Positions 19,549 to 27,541 of a stretch of DNA of 64,000 nucleotides are shown here, in pieces. The DNA comes from Kiritimatiellia bacterium (GTDB lineage: Bacteria > Verrucomicrobiota > Kiritimatiellia > RFP12 > UBA1067), in NCBI GenBank assembly GCA_045537795.1, contig JAZSQE010000051.1, forward strand, positions 8,313 to 72,312. The letters are read 5' to 3'. Below the pieces are notes generated by a model. That model was given only the letters and a program-made list of their open reading frames with translations, was not told the origin of the DNA and did not search any database. Position 1 is the first letter of the stretch. Each line of letters opens with the position of its first letter. Position numbers and translations under genes: made by a program.

Positions 19549-20721
19549 ATGAAAACCGAAAAACATTCGAACATTCGAACATTCAAACATTCAAACATTA
19601 AAAAGGTTCTCGTCGTGAACTCCGGTTCGAGTTCACTGAAATACCAGCTCTTCGATATGCAGAAAGAAGAGCGCCTCGCCAAGGGCCTCGTCGAGCGTAT
19701 CGGTGCAGGCGGCCCCGCCAACCACGCCGAGGCGTTGAAGCAGGTAGTCGCCGATCTCGGCAACCCCGACGATATCGACGCTATCGGCCATCGCGTTCTT
19801 CACGGCGCTGAAATTTTCAAAGATTCCGTTAAGGTGACCTCGAGCGTTATGAAGACGCTCAAGAAACTCGTTAAGTTCGGTCCGCTTCACATGCCGCCGA
19901 ACCTCGGCGGTATCGAGGCCTGCGAAAAGATCTTTAAGAGCGTTCCGAACGTAGCTGTTTTCGATACGGCGTTTCATCAGACGATGCCCGACTGCGCGGC
20001 GATGTACGCTATCGATCCGAAGTACTACAAGAAGAGCGGCATCCGCAAGTATGGCTTCCATGGTACAAGCCATAAGTTCGTAACTCAGGCGGCGGCGAAG
20101 TTTTTGAAGAAGCCTCTTTCAAAATTGAACATCGTCACATGTCACCTCGGCAACGGCAGCTCACTCGCCGCAATAAAGAACGGTGAAGTCGTCGACACTT
20201 CCATGGGTCTTACTCCGCTCGCCGGCATGGTGATGGGTACGCGCTGCGGTGATATCGACACTGCCGCCGTTCTTTCGATCATGGAGGCCGAGGGCAAGAC
20301 TCCCGCAGAGATGGACAAGATGCTCAATAAGGAGTCGGGGCTTCAGGGACTTACGGGTGTCAAGGGCGGCGACTGCCGCGACATCTGCTCGCGCGCCGCG
20401 AAGGGCGACAAGCAGTGCGAGCTTGCGCTCGAGATGCTCGCATACCGCGTTGCGTTCTATGTCGGCGGCTACAACACGATTATCGGCGGAGCAGACGCGA
20501 TTATCATGACCGGCGGCATCGGCGAAAACTCGACCGAGGTGAGAGAGCGCATCATTAAACGTCTCGCAGGTCTTGGCATCAAGCTCGATAAGGCGGCGAA
20601 CAGAAAGTCTCACGGTGTCGTCGCCGTTCTTTCGACCAAGGATTCGAAAATACCCGTCATCGTTCTTCCGACGAACGAGGAGCTCATGATCGCGAAAGAT
20701 ACGGTGAGGGTGCTTGGTTAA
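19549..20721 (+). CDS. ackA: Acetate kinase
   Basis: VLVVNSGSSSLKYQLFDM... is the acetate kinase N-terminal signature, and the gene has full length (390 aa). The first 17 codons, MKTEKHSNIRTFKHSNI, are largely encoded by an octamer repeat array, so the true start is uncertain. Confidence 0.9.
   Translation: MKTEKHSNIRTFKHSNIKKVLVVNSGSSSLKYQLFDMQKEERLAKGLVERIGAGGPANHAEALKQVVADLGNPDDIDAIGHRVLHGAEIFKDSVKVTSSVMKTLKKLVKFGPLHMPPNLGGIEACEKIFKSVPNVAVFDTAFHQTMPDCAAMYAIDPKYYKKSGIRKYGFHGTSHKFVTQAAAKFLKKPLSKLNIVTCHLGNGSSLAAIKNGEVVDTSMGLTPLAGMVMGTRCGDIDTAAVLSIMEAEGKTPAEMDKMLNKESGLQGLTGVKGGDCRDICSRAAKGDKQCELALEMLAYRVAFYVGGYNTIIGGADAIIMTGGIGENSTEVRERIIKRLAGLGIKLDKAANRKSHGVVAVLSTKDSKIPVIVLPTNEELMIAKDTVRVLG
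19561..19600 (+). repeat. Octanucleotide tandem array, 5 units of NAACATTC, inside the 5' end of ackA
   Basis: aaacattc gaacattc gaacattc aaacattc aaacatta. Confidence 0.9.
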
Positions 20722-20776
20722 TGTTTGAATGTTTGCAAACATTCCAACATTCTGACATTCAAACATTCTAACATTA
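20719..20776. repeat. Octanucleotide array in the ackA-pta spacer: 2 inverted units then 5 forward units, forming a palindrome
   Basis: taatgttt gaatgttt g|c aaacattc caacattc tgacattc aaacattc taacatta. The core gaatgtttgcaaacattc (20727-20744) is a perfect palindrome. Confidence 0.9.
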
Positions 20777-20781
20777 TCCCT

Positions 20782-21819
20782 ATGAACGCGATTAAAAATA
20801 TAATTGAGAGAGCTTCGAAGTTGAACGGAAGCATTGTTCTTCCGGAGGGGCAGGATGCAAGAGTTGTTACAGCCGCGTGTGCTCTCGTTGACCGCAAGAT
20901 TTGTACACCTATCGTTCTGGGTACACCCGACGAGATAGCCGCCGCTGAAGTGAAGGCCGGCCTTTCACTTGCCGAGCGCGCGATCAAGGTTATCGATTAC
21001 ACAAAAGGTAATGATGAGCTTGAGAACGCCTATCTTGAAGCGTGGAACGCGAAGGAGTCGAAAAAGCCTGCCGAGAAGCAGAAGATAATCGACCTTGCGG
21101 CGGCGCAGCATACGCTCCGCACCAAGCGCATTTATTTCGGCGGCATGATGGTGAAACTCGGCAAGGTGAACGGCCTTGTCGCCGGCTCCATCGCGTCGAC
21201 GGGCGATATGCTTCGCGCGGCGTTTCACACGCTTGGCACTCAAAGCGGCGTCAAGACGGCTTCTTCCTGCTTTATCATGGACCTTAAGGAGCCTACTGCC
21301 TCGGGCGACAGCGTTCTTGCTTTCGGCGACTGCGCCGTAATCCCCGATCCTACCGCCGAGCAGCTCGTCGACATCGGTCTTGCCACGGCCGAGACATATC
21401 GCGATCTTACCGGCAATGAGCCGCGTGTCGCGTATCTCTCGTTTTCGACGAAAGGCTCTGCCGCAGGTCCGCTCGTCGAGAAGGTGCAGAAGGCCGTTGA
21501 GCTCGCCAAGCCGCGCTTTGCCGAAAAGGGCATCAAGATGGACGGCGAACTTCAGTTCGACGCGGCGATCGTTCCTTCAGTCGGAGCTCTCAAGAATCCG
21601 GAAGGCGAAGTGAAGGGCGATGCGAACGTATTCATTTTCCCCGATCTTCAGGCCGGCAATATCGGCTACAAAATCGCCCAGCGTCTCGGCGGCGCTGACG
21701 CTATCGGTCCGAACCTCCAGGGGCTCGCCAAGGCGATGAACGATCTCTCCCGCGGCTGCAGCGCTGAAGATATCGTCGGAACCGCGTGCGTAACGCTGTT
21801 GCAGAGCCAGGGGAAGTAG
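20782..21819 (+). CDS. pta: Phosphate acetyltransferase (short PTA_PTB-only form, 345 aa)
   Basis: MNAIKNIIERASKLNGSIVLPEGQDARVV... and ...IFPDLQAGNIGYKIAQRLGGADAIGP... are typical Pta motifs. The tracked ORF start at 20725 would translate the octamer array, so the ATG at 20782 downstream of the array is preferred. Confidence 0.85.
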   Translation: MNAIKNIIERASKLNGSIVLPEGQDARVVTAACALVDRKICTPIVLGTPDEIAAAEVKAGLSLAERAIKVIDYTKGNDELENAYLEAWNAKESKKPAEKQKIIDLAAAQHTLRTKRIYFGGMMVKLGKVNGLVAGSIASTGDMLRAAFHTLGTQSGVKTASSCFIMDLKEPTASGDSVLAFGDCAVIPDPTAEQLVDIGLATAETYRDLTGNEPRVAYLSFSTKGSAAGPLVEKVQKAVELAKPRFAEKGIKMDGELQFDAAIVPSVGALKNPEGEVKGDANVFIFPDLQAGNIGYKIAQRLGGADAIGPNLQGLAKAMNDLSRGCSAEDIVGTACVTLLQSQGK

Positions 21820-21854
21820 TGGTTAGTTGTCAGTGGTCGGTGGTTAGTTGTCAG
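21819..21854 (+). promoter_or_regulatory. Perfect 15-nt direct repeat (gtggttagttgtcag) with 21-bp periodicity, upstream of kdsD and the pilus-like cluster
   Basis: Copies at 21819-21833 and 21840-21854, separated by tggtcg. The repeat lies between the pta stop and the kdsD start. Confidence 0.35.
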
Positions 21855-21892
21855 CGAGAAGAAAAGAAGAGGTTGAAGTGAGAGAGAACGAA

Positions 21893-22867
21893 ATGATAGA
21901 ACGGGCGCGTCAGGTCTTTGATGTCGAAATCAAAGGCCTTAAGGACGTTCGCGATTCGCTTGACGAATCGTTTGTCAAGACGGTTTCGCTTATTCTCGAC
22001 ACTCTCGAAAAGGGCGGACTTGTTGTCGTTACCGGCGTCGGAAAAAATCTGCATATCGCCGAAAAGATGTCGGCCATCTTCGCTTCGACGGGCACGCGCT
22101 CGATCGTTCTCAATCCCGTTCAGGCGATGCACGGCGACCTCGGCATGGTCTCTTCGCGCGACGTTCTGATAGCCCTTTCGTTTTCGGGCGAATCGGACGA
22201 GCTCATAAAACTGATCCCCGCCATCCGCCGCCACGGGCTTAAGGTCGTCTCATTGACCGGCAATCCGAAGTCGACGCTCGCCGAAATGAGCGATATCCAT
22301 CTCAACATCCCGTGCGGCAAGGAGGCGTGTCCCTTCGGCATGGCGCCTACCAATTCAACAACCGCGACAATGGCGATGGGCGATGCGCTCGCGATGGTTC
22401 TCATCGATGCGCAGAAATTCCCGATCGAAGATTATGCGATGAACCATCCTGCGGGCGCCATCGGGCGCGCGCTCGTGATGAAAGTGACCGACATCATGCG
22501 GACGGGCGAGAGGCTCGCGCTTCTGCCGCCGACAGCGACGGTCATGGAGGCTGCGGTCGCGATGACAAAGGCGCAGTCCGGTTCGGCCCTCGTCGTCGAC
22601 GTCGACGGCAAACTCCTGGGCATCTTCACCGACGGAGACTTCCGCCGCGCTTTGGGGAAATGTTCAAACATTCAAACATTGACGCATTCAAACATTGACG
22701 CATTGATGACCTCATCTCCGCTTTTCGTCTACGACGACGCGTATGCAGCGGAACTTCTCAAGATTTTCGAAAAAAAGAAAATCGACGATCTGCCCGTCTG
22801 CAACAGAGAGGGCAAGCTCGTCGGACTCGTCGACATTCAGGATCTTCCCAAAATGAAGGTGCTTTAA
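21893..22867 (+). CDS. kdsD: Arabinose-5-phosphate isomerase (KdsD/KpsF; SIS domain plus CBS pair)
   Basis: SIS motifs VVVTGVGKNLHIAEKMSAIFASTG and LIALSFSGESDEL; CBS region LLGIFTDGDFRR.... An octamer array is translated within the CBS region. The TTG at 21848 is an alternative start. Confidence 0.8.
   Translation: MIERARQVFDVEIKGLKDVRDSLDESFVKTVSLILDTLEKGGLVVVTGVGKNLHIAEKMSAIFASTGTRSIVLNPVQAMHGDLGMVSSRDVLIALSFSGESDELIKLIPAIRRHGLKVVSLTGNPKSTLAEMSDIHLNIPCGKEACPFGMAPTNSTTATMAMGDALAMVLIDAQKFPIEDYAMNHPAGAIGRALVMKVTDIMRTGERLALLPPTATVMEAAVAMTKAQSGSALVVDVDGKLLGIFTDGDFRRALGKCSNIQTLTHSNIDALMTSSPLFVYDDAYAAELLKIFEKKKIDDLPVCNREGKLVGLVDIQDLPKMKVL
22658..22705 (+). repeat. Octanucleotide array, 6 units (48 nt, frame-preserving), inside the kdsD coding sequence
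   Basis: aaatgttc aaacattc aaacattg acgcattc aaacattg acgcattg, translated as GKCSNIQTLTHSNIDAL. Confidence 0.85.
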
Positions 22868-22884
22868 CGAAAGGAACAGCAAAA

Positions 22885-23598
22885 ATGAAAAAGCTGATAT
22901 TGATCGCTCTTACCGCGGCCGTGAGCTTCTCGGCTGAAGCGCAGCAACGCCGCTCATCGCGTCGCTCCACGAGGGGTGCCGACAGTGAAGTCGCCACGGG
23001 TAAGGCCGCCAAGATTCTTATCGAGCAGGGCCCCAAACTCGGCCAGATCGCCTGTCTTCGCGCTCCTTCCGTCGCGGGCGCTTCGATTATAGGCCAGTGC
23101 TACAAAAAACCGCGCAGCTGGATCGTTCTTGAGACGAAGTACGCGACGTTCGGCACCGATGAATCGAAGTTTCAGGATCAGCTCACTTTTACGTGGCACG
23201 TTCTTCTCGATACGAAGAGCGCGACCGAGAACAGAGGCAACAGAGAAGGTCTTGCGCCGTACAGCTATTTCACGACGGCCGTCACGTATTTCAACATTCC
23301 CGCCGGTTCGCATGCGTCGTCGGTCGTTCTCCCCCCGTCGTATCTCGAGCGTTACGGCGAGCCTAAGGCCGTCGGTTACGTGATAACGAACGCCAACGGT
23401 GAAGAGCTTCAGGGCGACTGCTGGAGCGAGATCAAGGGTATCGAGAACGGCAGGAAGTTCTGGGAGAATCAGAATATCATGGATGCGAAGTCCAAGGACG
23501 GCAAGCCCATGATTGAACGCCGACAGGGCCTCGTCGACCGCTCCAAAACGATCTGGGCGCTCGTCAACCCCAACGACTACGAAGCTACGGTCCAATGA
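22885..23598 (+). CDS. Secreted protein of unknown function, in the position of Akkermansia Amuc_1102
   Basis: Signal peptide MKKLILIALTAAVSFSAEAQ. It sits immediately upstream of the PilM-like gene. No catalytic motif was recognised. Confidence 0.5.
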   Translation: MKKLILIALTAAVSFSAEAQQRRSSRRSTRGADSEVATGKAAKILIEQGPKLGQIACLRAPSVAGASIIGQCYKKPRSWIVLETKYATFGTDESKFQDQLTFTWHVLLDTKSATENRGNREGLAPYSYFTTAVTYFNIPAGSHASSVVLPPSYLERYGEPKAVGYVITNANGEELQGDCWSEIKGIENGRKFWENQNIMDAKSKDGKPMIERRQGLVDRSKTIWALVNPNDYEATVQ

Positions 23599-23599
23599 A

Positions 23600-23711
23600 T
23601 AATGTTTGAATGTTGGAATGTTAGAATGATCGAATGATGAAAACCTCCAACATTCAAACATTCCAACATTCTAACATTCCAACATTCTAACATTCCAACA
23701 TTCTAACATTA
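23600..23711. repeat. Largest octanucleotide array: 5 inverted units, an 8-nt spacer, then 8 forward units; potential long imperfect hairpin
   Basis: taatgttt gaatgttg gaatgtta gaatgatc gaatgatg aaaacctc caacattc aaacattc caacattc taacattc caacattc taacattc caacattc taacatta. The array ends 3 nt before the ATG at 23715. Confidence 0.9.
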
Positions 23712-23714
23712 AAC

Positions 23715-25322
23715 ATGGCAACGCGATTTCTAACTCTCAACATCGGCGCTTCCGGCGTATCGCTCGCCGAATACGAATCGGGCGGGAAAGGGCATCTTAC
23801 CCTCGTCAACTACGGCATCGCGCCGCTCGACGCGCCGCTCGATTCAGGGGCGGTCGAAACGATTCTCACGCCCGCTCTTCTTGGCATCGTGCGCGAAAAG
23901 GGCATCAAGCCCGGCAAGGTCGCGATATCGGTGTCGGGGCAGATGGTGTTCCCCAAATTCGCGGCGATTCCTCTTGCGGGCGGGGCGGAGAAGTTCGAGC
24001 AGATGATCCGCTACGAGATCGAGCAGAACTTCCCCTTCCCCATAGACGAGATGGTCTGCGACAGTCAGGTGCTCGGAGATACCGAGAACGGCGACAAGTC
24101 GGTGATGATCGTCGCCGCGAAGGTCGATCAAATAGAAGAAATCACTTCGGCAGTCAAACGCGCGGGATTCGAACCGGAGCTCGTCGATGCCGCTCCCATC
24201 GCTCTCGTCAACGCGATACGCAACAACGGAGAAGGAGCCGATGACTGCATCGTCGCGCTTGACATCGGCGCGAAGACGACGTCGCTCGTAATCGTCGAGG
24301 GCGACAAGATATACAGCCGCTCGATTCCCGTCGCGGGCGCCACTCTCACGAAGGAAATCGCGCAGGCGCTCGGCTGCACGCTTGAGGAGGCGGAAGGCTT
24401 CAAGCTCGAGCACGGCTACGTCTCCGTCGGCGGCGTCACCGAAGACGAGGATGAAGCGATCGACAGAATGTCGAAAGTCTGCCGCGCCGTGATGACGAGG
24501 CTCAACGCCGAGATTTCGCGCTCCATCAATTTCTACCGCTCGCAGCAGAACGGCGGTACCCCCGTAAAACTTTATCTCACGGGCGGCAGCGCGCTTCTCC
24601 CCGAGGTCGATACTTTCTTCGCCGAATCGCTCGGTATCGCCGTCGAATTTTTCAATCCGTTCGAGCAGGTCGGACTCTCGAGAAAGATCGACGAGGAATC
24701 TCTCGGCGTTGATGCCGCTCTTCTGGCCTCTACCGTGGGCGTCGCTCTCAACATGACGCAGGCCGCGCGTTTCTCGATAAATCTCCTTCCGCCTTCGATA
24801 ACCGAAGAGCGCGCCGAGAAGGCGAAGATTCCGTTCGTGGCGCTGGGCGGAGCCGCCTTCGTCGCCGCGCTTGTTGTCGTGTGGCTCGGCGTCAACCGCG
24901 AAATAGCGGTTTTCGAGTCGAGGCTCGAGACGGTGCGGGCCGAGAGTTCAAGGCTGCAGTCGCTTGAAAAGAAGGTCAAGGCCGAAGAGACGAAGCTTGA
25001 CGCCGAAAACGGCGAGGCGGAAAAACTGCGCGATTTCGTTTTGAGGCGCGTCGCGGCGGTTCAGAGAATGAACGCGATACGCGAGTCGATTTCGCGCATC
25101 GGCGGCGCGTGGATCGAAAAGTGGGAGAACGGCAAGATGACCGTGCGTGCATGGCGTGATCGCGTGAAAACCGATGGCGGCAAGACTCTTGCGGAAACCG
25201 TCGTCGAGCAACTCAAAACAAAGGCCGTAGTCGATGCCTCGGGCATAAAAATTTCGGATATGTCCACGATCGGCAAGGACTCGCAGGTCGAACAGTTCAC
25301 GGTGGAGGTGAAGTTCAAATGA
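23715..25322 (+). CDS. pilM: PilM-like actin-fold ATPase fused to a PilN-like TM/coiled-coil segment
   Basis: The N-terminal region of about 350 aa has the PilM/FtsA-like pattern (LNIGASGVSLAEY..., ALDIGAKTTSLVIV, YLTGGSALLPEV). It is followed by INLLPPSITEERAEKAKIPFVALGGAAFVAALVVVWLGV, a PilN-type INLLP motif plus TM helix, and then a coiled coil. Confidence 0.75.
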   Translation: MATRFLTLNIGASGVSLAEYESGGKGHLTLVNYGIAPLDAPLDSGAVETILTPALLGIVREKGIKPGKVAISVSGQMVFPKFAAIPLAGGAEKFEQMIRYEIEQNFPFPIDEMVCDSQVLGDTENGDKSVMIVAAKVDQIEEITSAVKRAGFEPELVDAAPIALVNAIRNNGEGADDCIVALDIGAKTTSLVIVEGDKIYSRSIPVAGATLTKEIAQALGCTLEEAEGFKLEHGYVSVGGVTEDEDEAIDRMSKVCRAVMTRLNAEISRSINFYRSQQNGGTPVKLYLTGGSALLPEVDTFFAESLGIAVEFFNPFEQVGLSRKIDEESLGVDAALLASTVGVALNMTQAARFSINLLPPSITEERAEKAKIPFVALGGAAFVAALVVVWLGVNREIAVFESRLETVRAESSRLQSLEKKVKAEETKLDAENGEAEKLRDFVLRRVAAVQRMNAIRESISRIGGAWIEKWENGKMTVRAWRDRVKTDGGKTLAETVVEQLKTKAVVDASGIKISDMSTIGKDSQVEQFTVEVKFK

Positions 25323-26359
25323 GCAGGACGAAAATGATATTGGCGGCTATGGGAGGGATTTCCCTGCTCGGGGTTCTCGCCATGGCGTATCTCGTCTGGA
25401 CGGCCGTCCAGCGCAAGGGTGAGCTTGACGATGAACTTTCGGGCGCCGTCGCGACGGTCGAGAGTCTTTCGCGGGCGAAGGTGTACCCGAGCAAAGCGAG
25501 CATCCTCGCCGTCGCTTCGAATGTCACCAGAGTCGCCGAATGGAAGGATGAAGTGTTCCGTCTCGTTTCCGCCGGAGACCGCGTCTACGAAAAGACGACG
25601 GCCCCCGCGTTCAAGAACTTTATGGTGAGCGAGGCGAAGCGTCTCGCCGCGCTTCCGGGAGAGGCCGACGGCAAGATCGCCAAAGCGGCTTTTACCTTTG
25701 GTCCGTTCAAGGATTATATTTTCGAGGGCAAGATGCCTTCGGAGCAGTCGCTCGGCGATCTGCAGCGCAAATGGGATGACGTCGTTTTCATCATTGAGAC
25801 TCTCGGCGGCGCGGGGATATCCGAGATAACGGATATTCAGGCGAAGGCGGTAGAAATGCCGAAAGAGGAAGAGACCGGCAAAAAGCGCAATGCCCGCAAG
25901 AGGCGCATGAAGGCGAAGAAAGCCGAAGATGCCGATGCGAAGAAGCTCCCCGTCGTCAACGCCTGGACGGTCGCGTTCGAGACGCGTCCTGCGGGGTATG
26001 TCAAAACGCTTAACGCGTTCGCGTTGAGCGAGCGTTTCGCGGTCGTCGAAGACGTTACCGTAACACGAAAGGCAGATGCCGTCGTCGCTGCGCTCGGTGG
26101 AGAAGAGAAGAAGGAGGAGAACGTGCGTCAGAGCGGCCGTCGCCGCCGCCGCGCAGGTTCGCTCGCCGAGCCGAAGGATGGCGACGATGCCGCAAGGCTC
26201 AAAGACGGGGTCGTCACCGACCCGTCTCTTGATGAGCCGCTCAAGGTCTTTATGACCGTCAAGGTTTATGATTTCAGGACGCTTGAGGCTGAGGAGAAAG
26301 AGATTGCGGACGATGGCGCCGCAGGCAAGGATTCCAAAAAGAAAGGGGCGTCAAAATGA
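25319..26359 (+). CDS. Membrane-anchored protein resembling Amuc_1100 in architecture (PilO-position protein)
   Basis: ATGA overlap with pilM. It has an N-terminal TM helix (ILAAMGGISLLGVLAMAYLVW), a helical region, a charged K/R/E-rich linker and a terminal beta segment (KVFMTVKVYDF). The order of segments matches my recollection of Amuc_1100. Sequence similarity is weak. Confidence 0.45.
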   Translation: MSRTKMILAAMGGISLLGVLAMAYLVWTAVQRKGELDDELSGAVATVESLSRAKVYPSKASILAVASNVTRVAEWKDEVFRLVSAGDRVYEKTTAPAFKNFMVSEAKRLAALPGEADGKIAKAAFTFGPFKDYIFEGKMPSEQSLGDLQRKWDDVVFIIETLGGAGISEITDIQAKAVEMPKEEETGKKRNARKRRMKAKKAEDADAKKLPVVNAWTVAFETRPAGYVKTLNAFALSERFAVVEDVTVTRKADAVVAALGGEEKKEENVRQSGRRRRRAGSLAEPKDGDDAARLKDGVVTDPSLDEPLKVFMTVKVYDFRTLEAEEKEIADDGAAGKDSKKKGASK

Positions 26360-27492
26360 TATCGAGGTCGGCAAAATCGAACTTTTTCGTCGCGCATTAC
26401 GAATGGCTGGTTTCGGGCGTCGGCATCCTTGTGTTTGCGTTGGCCGCAGTATATTTCATCAGTGTTTCGGGTGAGGATCCTTCTGATGCCGCCCGGCGTG
26501 AAGAGGCGCGTCTCAAGCGTCTCGATCCCGGTTCGACCGGAGTGCAGAAAACCGATATGGCGCTCTTCGATGCGGCCAAACGCGTTGCAAAGGCACCGGT
26601 AGTTCTCGCCGAGTTCGATGACAAAACGCAGAACTTTCTCGCGAGCGAGCGCCGCGTACTTTGTAAAAAATGCAAGAAAGCGATTTATATAGAGTTCAAA
26701 AAGGGTGAAGACGGCGAGGATCTGCCGCCCAAATGCCCGTTCTGCGGAGAAGATCAGGGACTCGCGAAGAAGGTCGTGCTCGACGGCGACGGCGACGGAC
26801 TGCCCGACAAATGGGAGAAAAGCGTAGGGCTCGACCCCAAGAATCCCGCCGACGCCGATGCCGACATGGACGGCGATGATTTCACGAACAAGGAGGAATT
26901 TCTTGCCGGCACTAAGATCGACGACAAGTCGAGCCATCCGGATTATCTTGATTGCGTCAAGATCGTTCTTCCGCTCAAGGAGACATATCTGCCGTTCGTT
27001 TTCCGGAAGGCGAACCAGATACCCGGCGGCTGGAGATGCGAGTTCTTCGACCCGAAGAAGATGGACGATTACGGACGCAAGGGTCTGACGGTAACCGCCA
27101 GAATCGGAGAGGAAATCCCGGGGACGGAATATGTCGTCGAGAAGTACGTCCGAAAGGAGACTAGAGTGAAAATCAAAGGAGCCGAAGGATTGACCCGGCC
27201 CGTTGATGTGTCAGAAGTGTACGTCAAGCGCAAGAGCGACGCGAAGATCGTGAAGCTCGTTATCGACACCGCTAAAATTCCCAGGCCTGTAGCTGTTGAT
27301 ATCCAGGCTGTTCTGAAGTATGAAAGAGGTGTGAAATCCAAGGACTTCACAGTGGTGCCCGGAGACGAGATCGCGCTCGGTCTCGAGAAATGGAAAATCA
27401 GTTCCGTCACTCCAGACGGCAAAGGTGCGAAGATTGTCTTCGAGAACGTTCTAACCGGCAAGAAGCGGACGTTGTCTGCGCTTGAACAATGA
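26356..27492 (+). CDS. Membrane-anchored protein with a CxxC...CxxC zinc ribbon and TSP3-like DGDGDGLPD motifs (Amuc_1099 position)
   Basis: ATGA overlap with the upstream gene. TM helix WLVSGVGILVFALAAVYFI; zinc ribbon CKKCKK...CPFCGED; TSP3-like LDGDGDGLPDKWEKSVGLDPKNPADADADMDGDDFTNKEEF. Confidence 0.6.
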   Translation: MISRSAKSNFFVAHYEWLVSGVGILVFALAAVYFISVSGEDPSDAARREEARLKRLDPGSTGVQKTDMALFDAAKRVAKAPVVLAEFDDKTQNFLASERRVLCKKCKKAIYIEFKKGEDGEDLPPKCPFCGEDQGLAKKVVLDGDGDGLPDKWEKSVGLDPKNPADADADMDGDDFTNKEEFLAGTKIDDKSSHPDYLDCVKIVLPLKETYLPFVFRKANQIPGGWRCEFFDPKKMDDYGRKGLTVTARIGEEIPGTEYVVEKYVRKETRVKIKGAEGLTRPVDVSEVYVKRKSDAKIVKLVIDTAKIPRPVAVDIQAVLKYERGVKSKDFTVVPGDEIALGLEKWKISSVTPDGKGAKIVFENVLTGKKRTLSALEQ

Positions 27493-27541
27493 CAAAATAA
27501 ATGGTAAAATGTTATTGAAAATGAGCATCAGAAGGGTCGAT

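Noticed and set aside
20725-20781. Pta ORF start at 20725 (MNVCKHSNILTFKHSNIIP...), which would translate the octamer array
   Set aside because: ATG 20782 gives a family-typical Pta N-terminus (MNAIKNIIERASKLNGSIVLPEG). The upstream segment is the palindromic repeat array and starts 4 nt after the ackA stop. I cannot fully exclude the longer form.
21848-21892. TTG-initiated 15-codon extension of kdsD
   Set aside because: It overlaps the 15-nt direct-repeat element and encodes a charged, non-conserved peptide. ATG 21893 gives a normal KdsD/KpsF N-terminus. It is kept only as an alternative.
19561-23711. Considered whether the short-repeat arrays could be a degenerate CRISPR array or a CRISPR leader
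   Set aside because: The units are 8 nt with no spacers, the arrays are 40-112 nt long, they occur inside and between housekeeping genes, and no cas genes are present.
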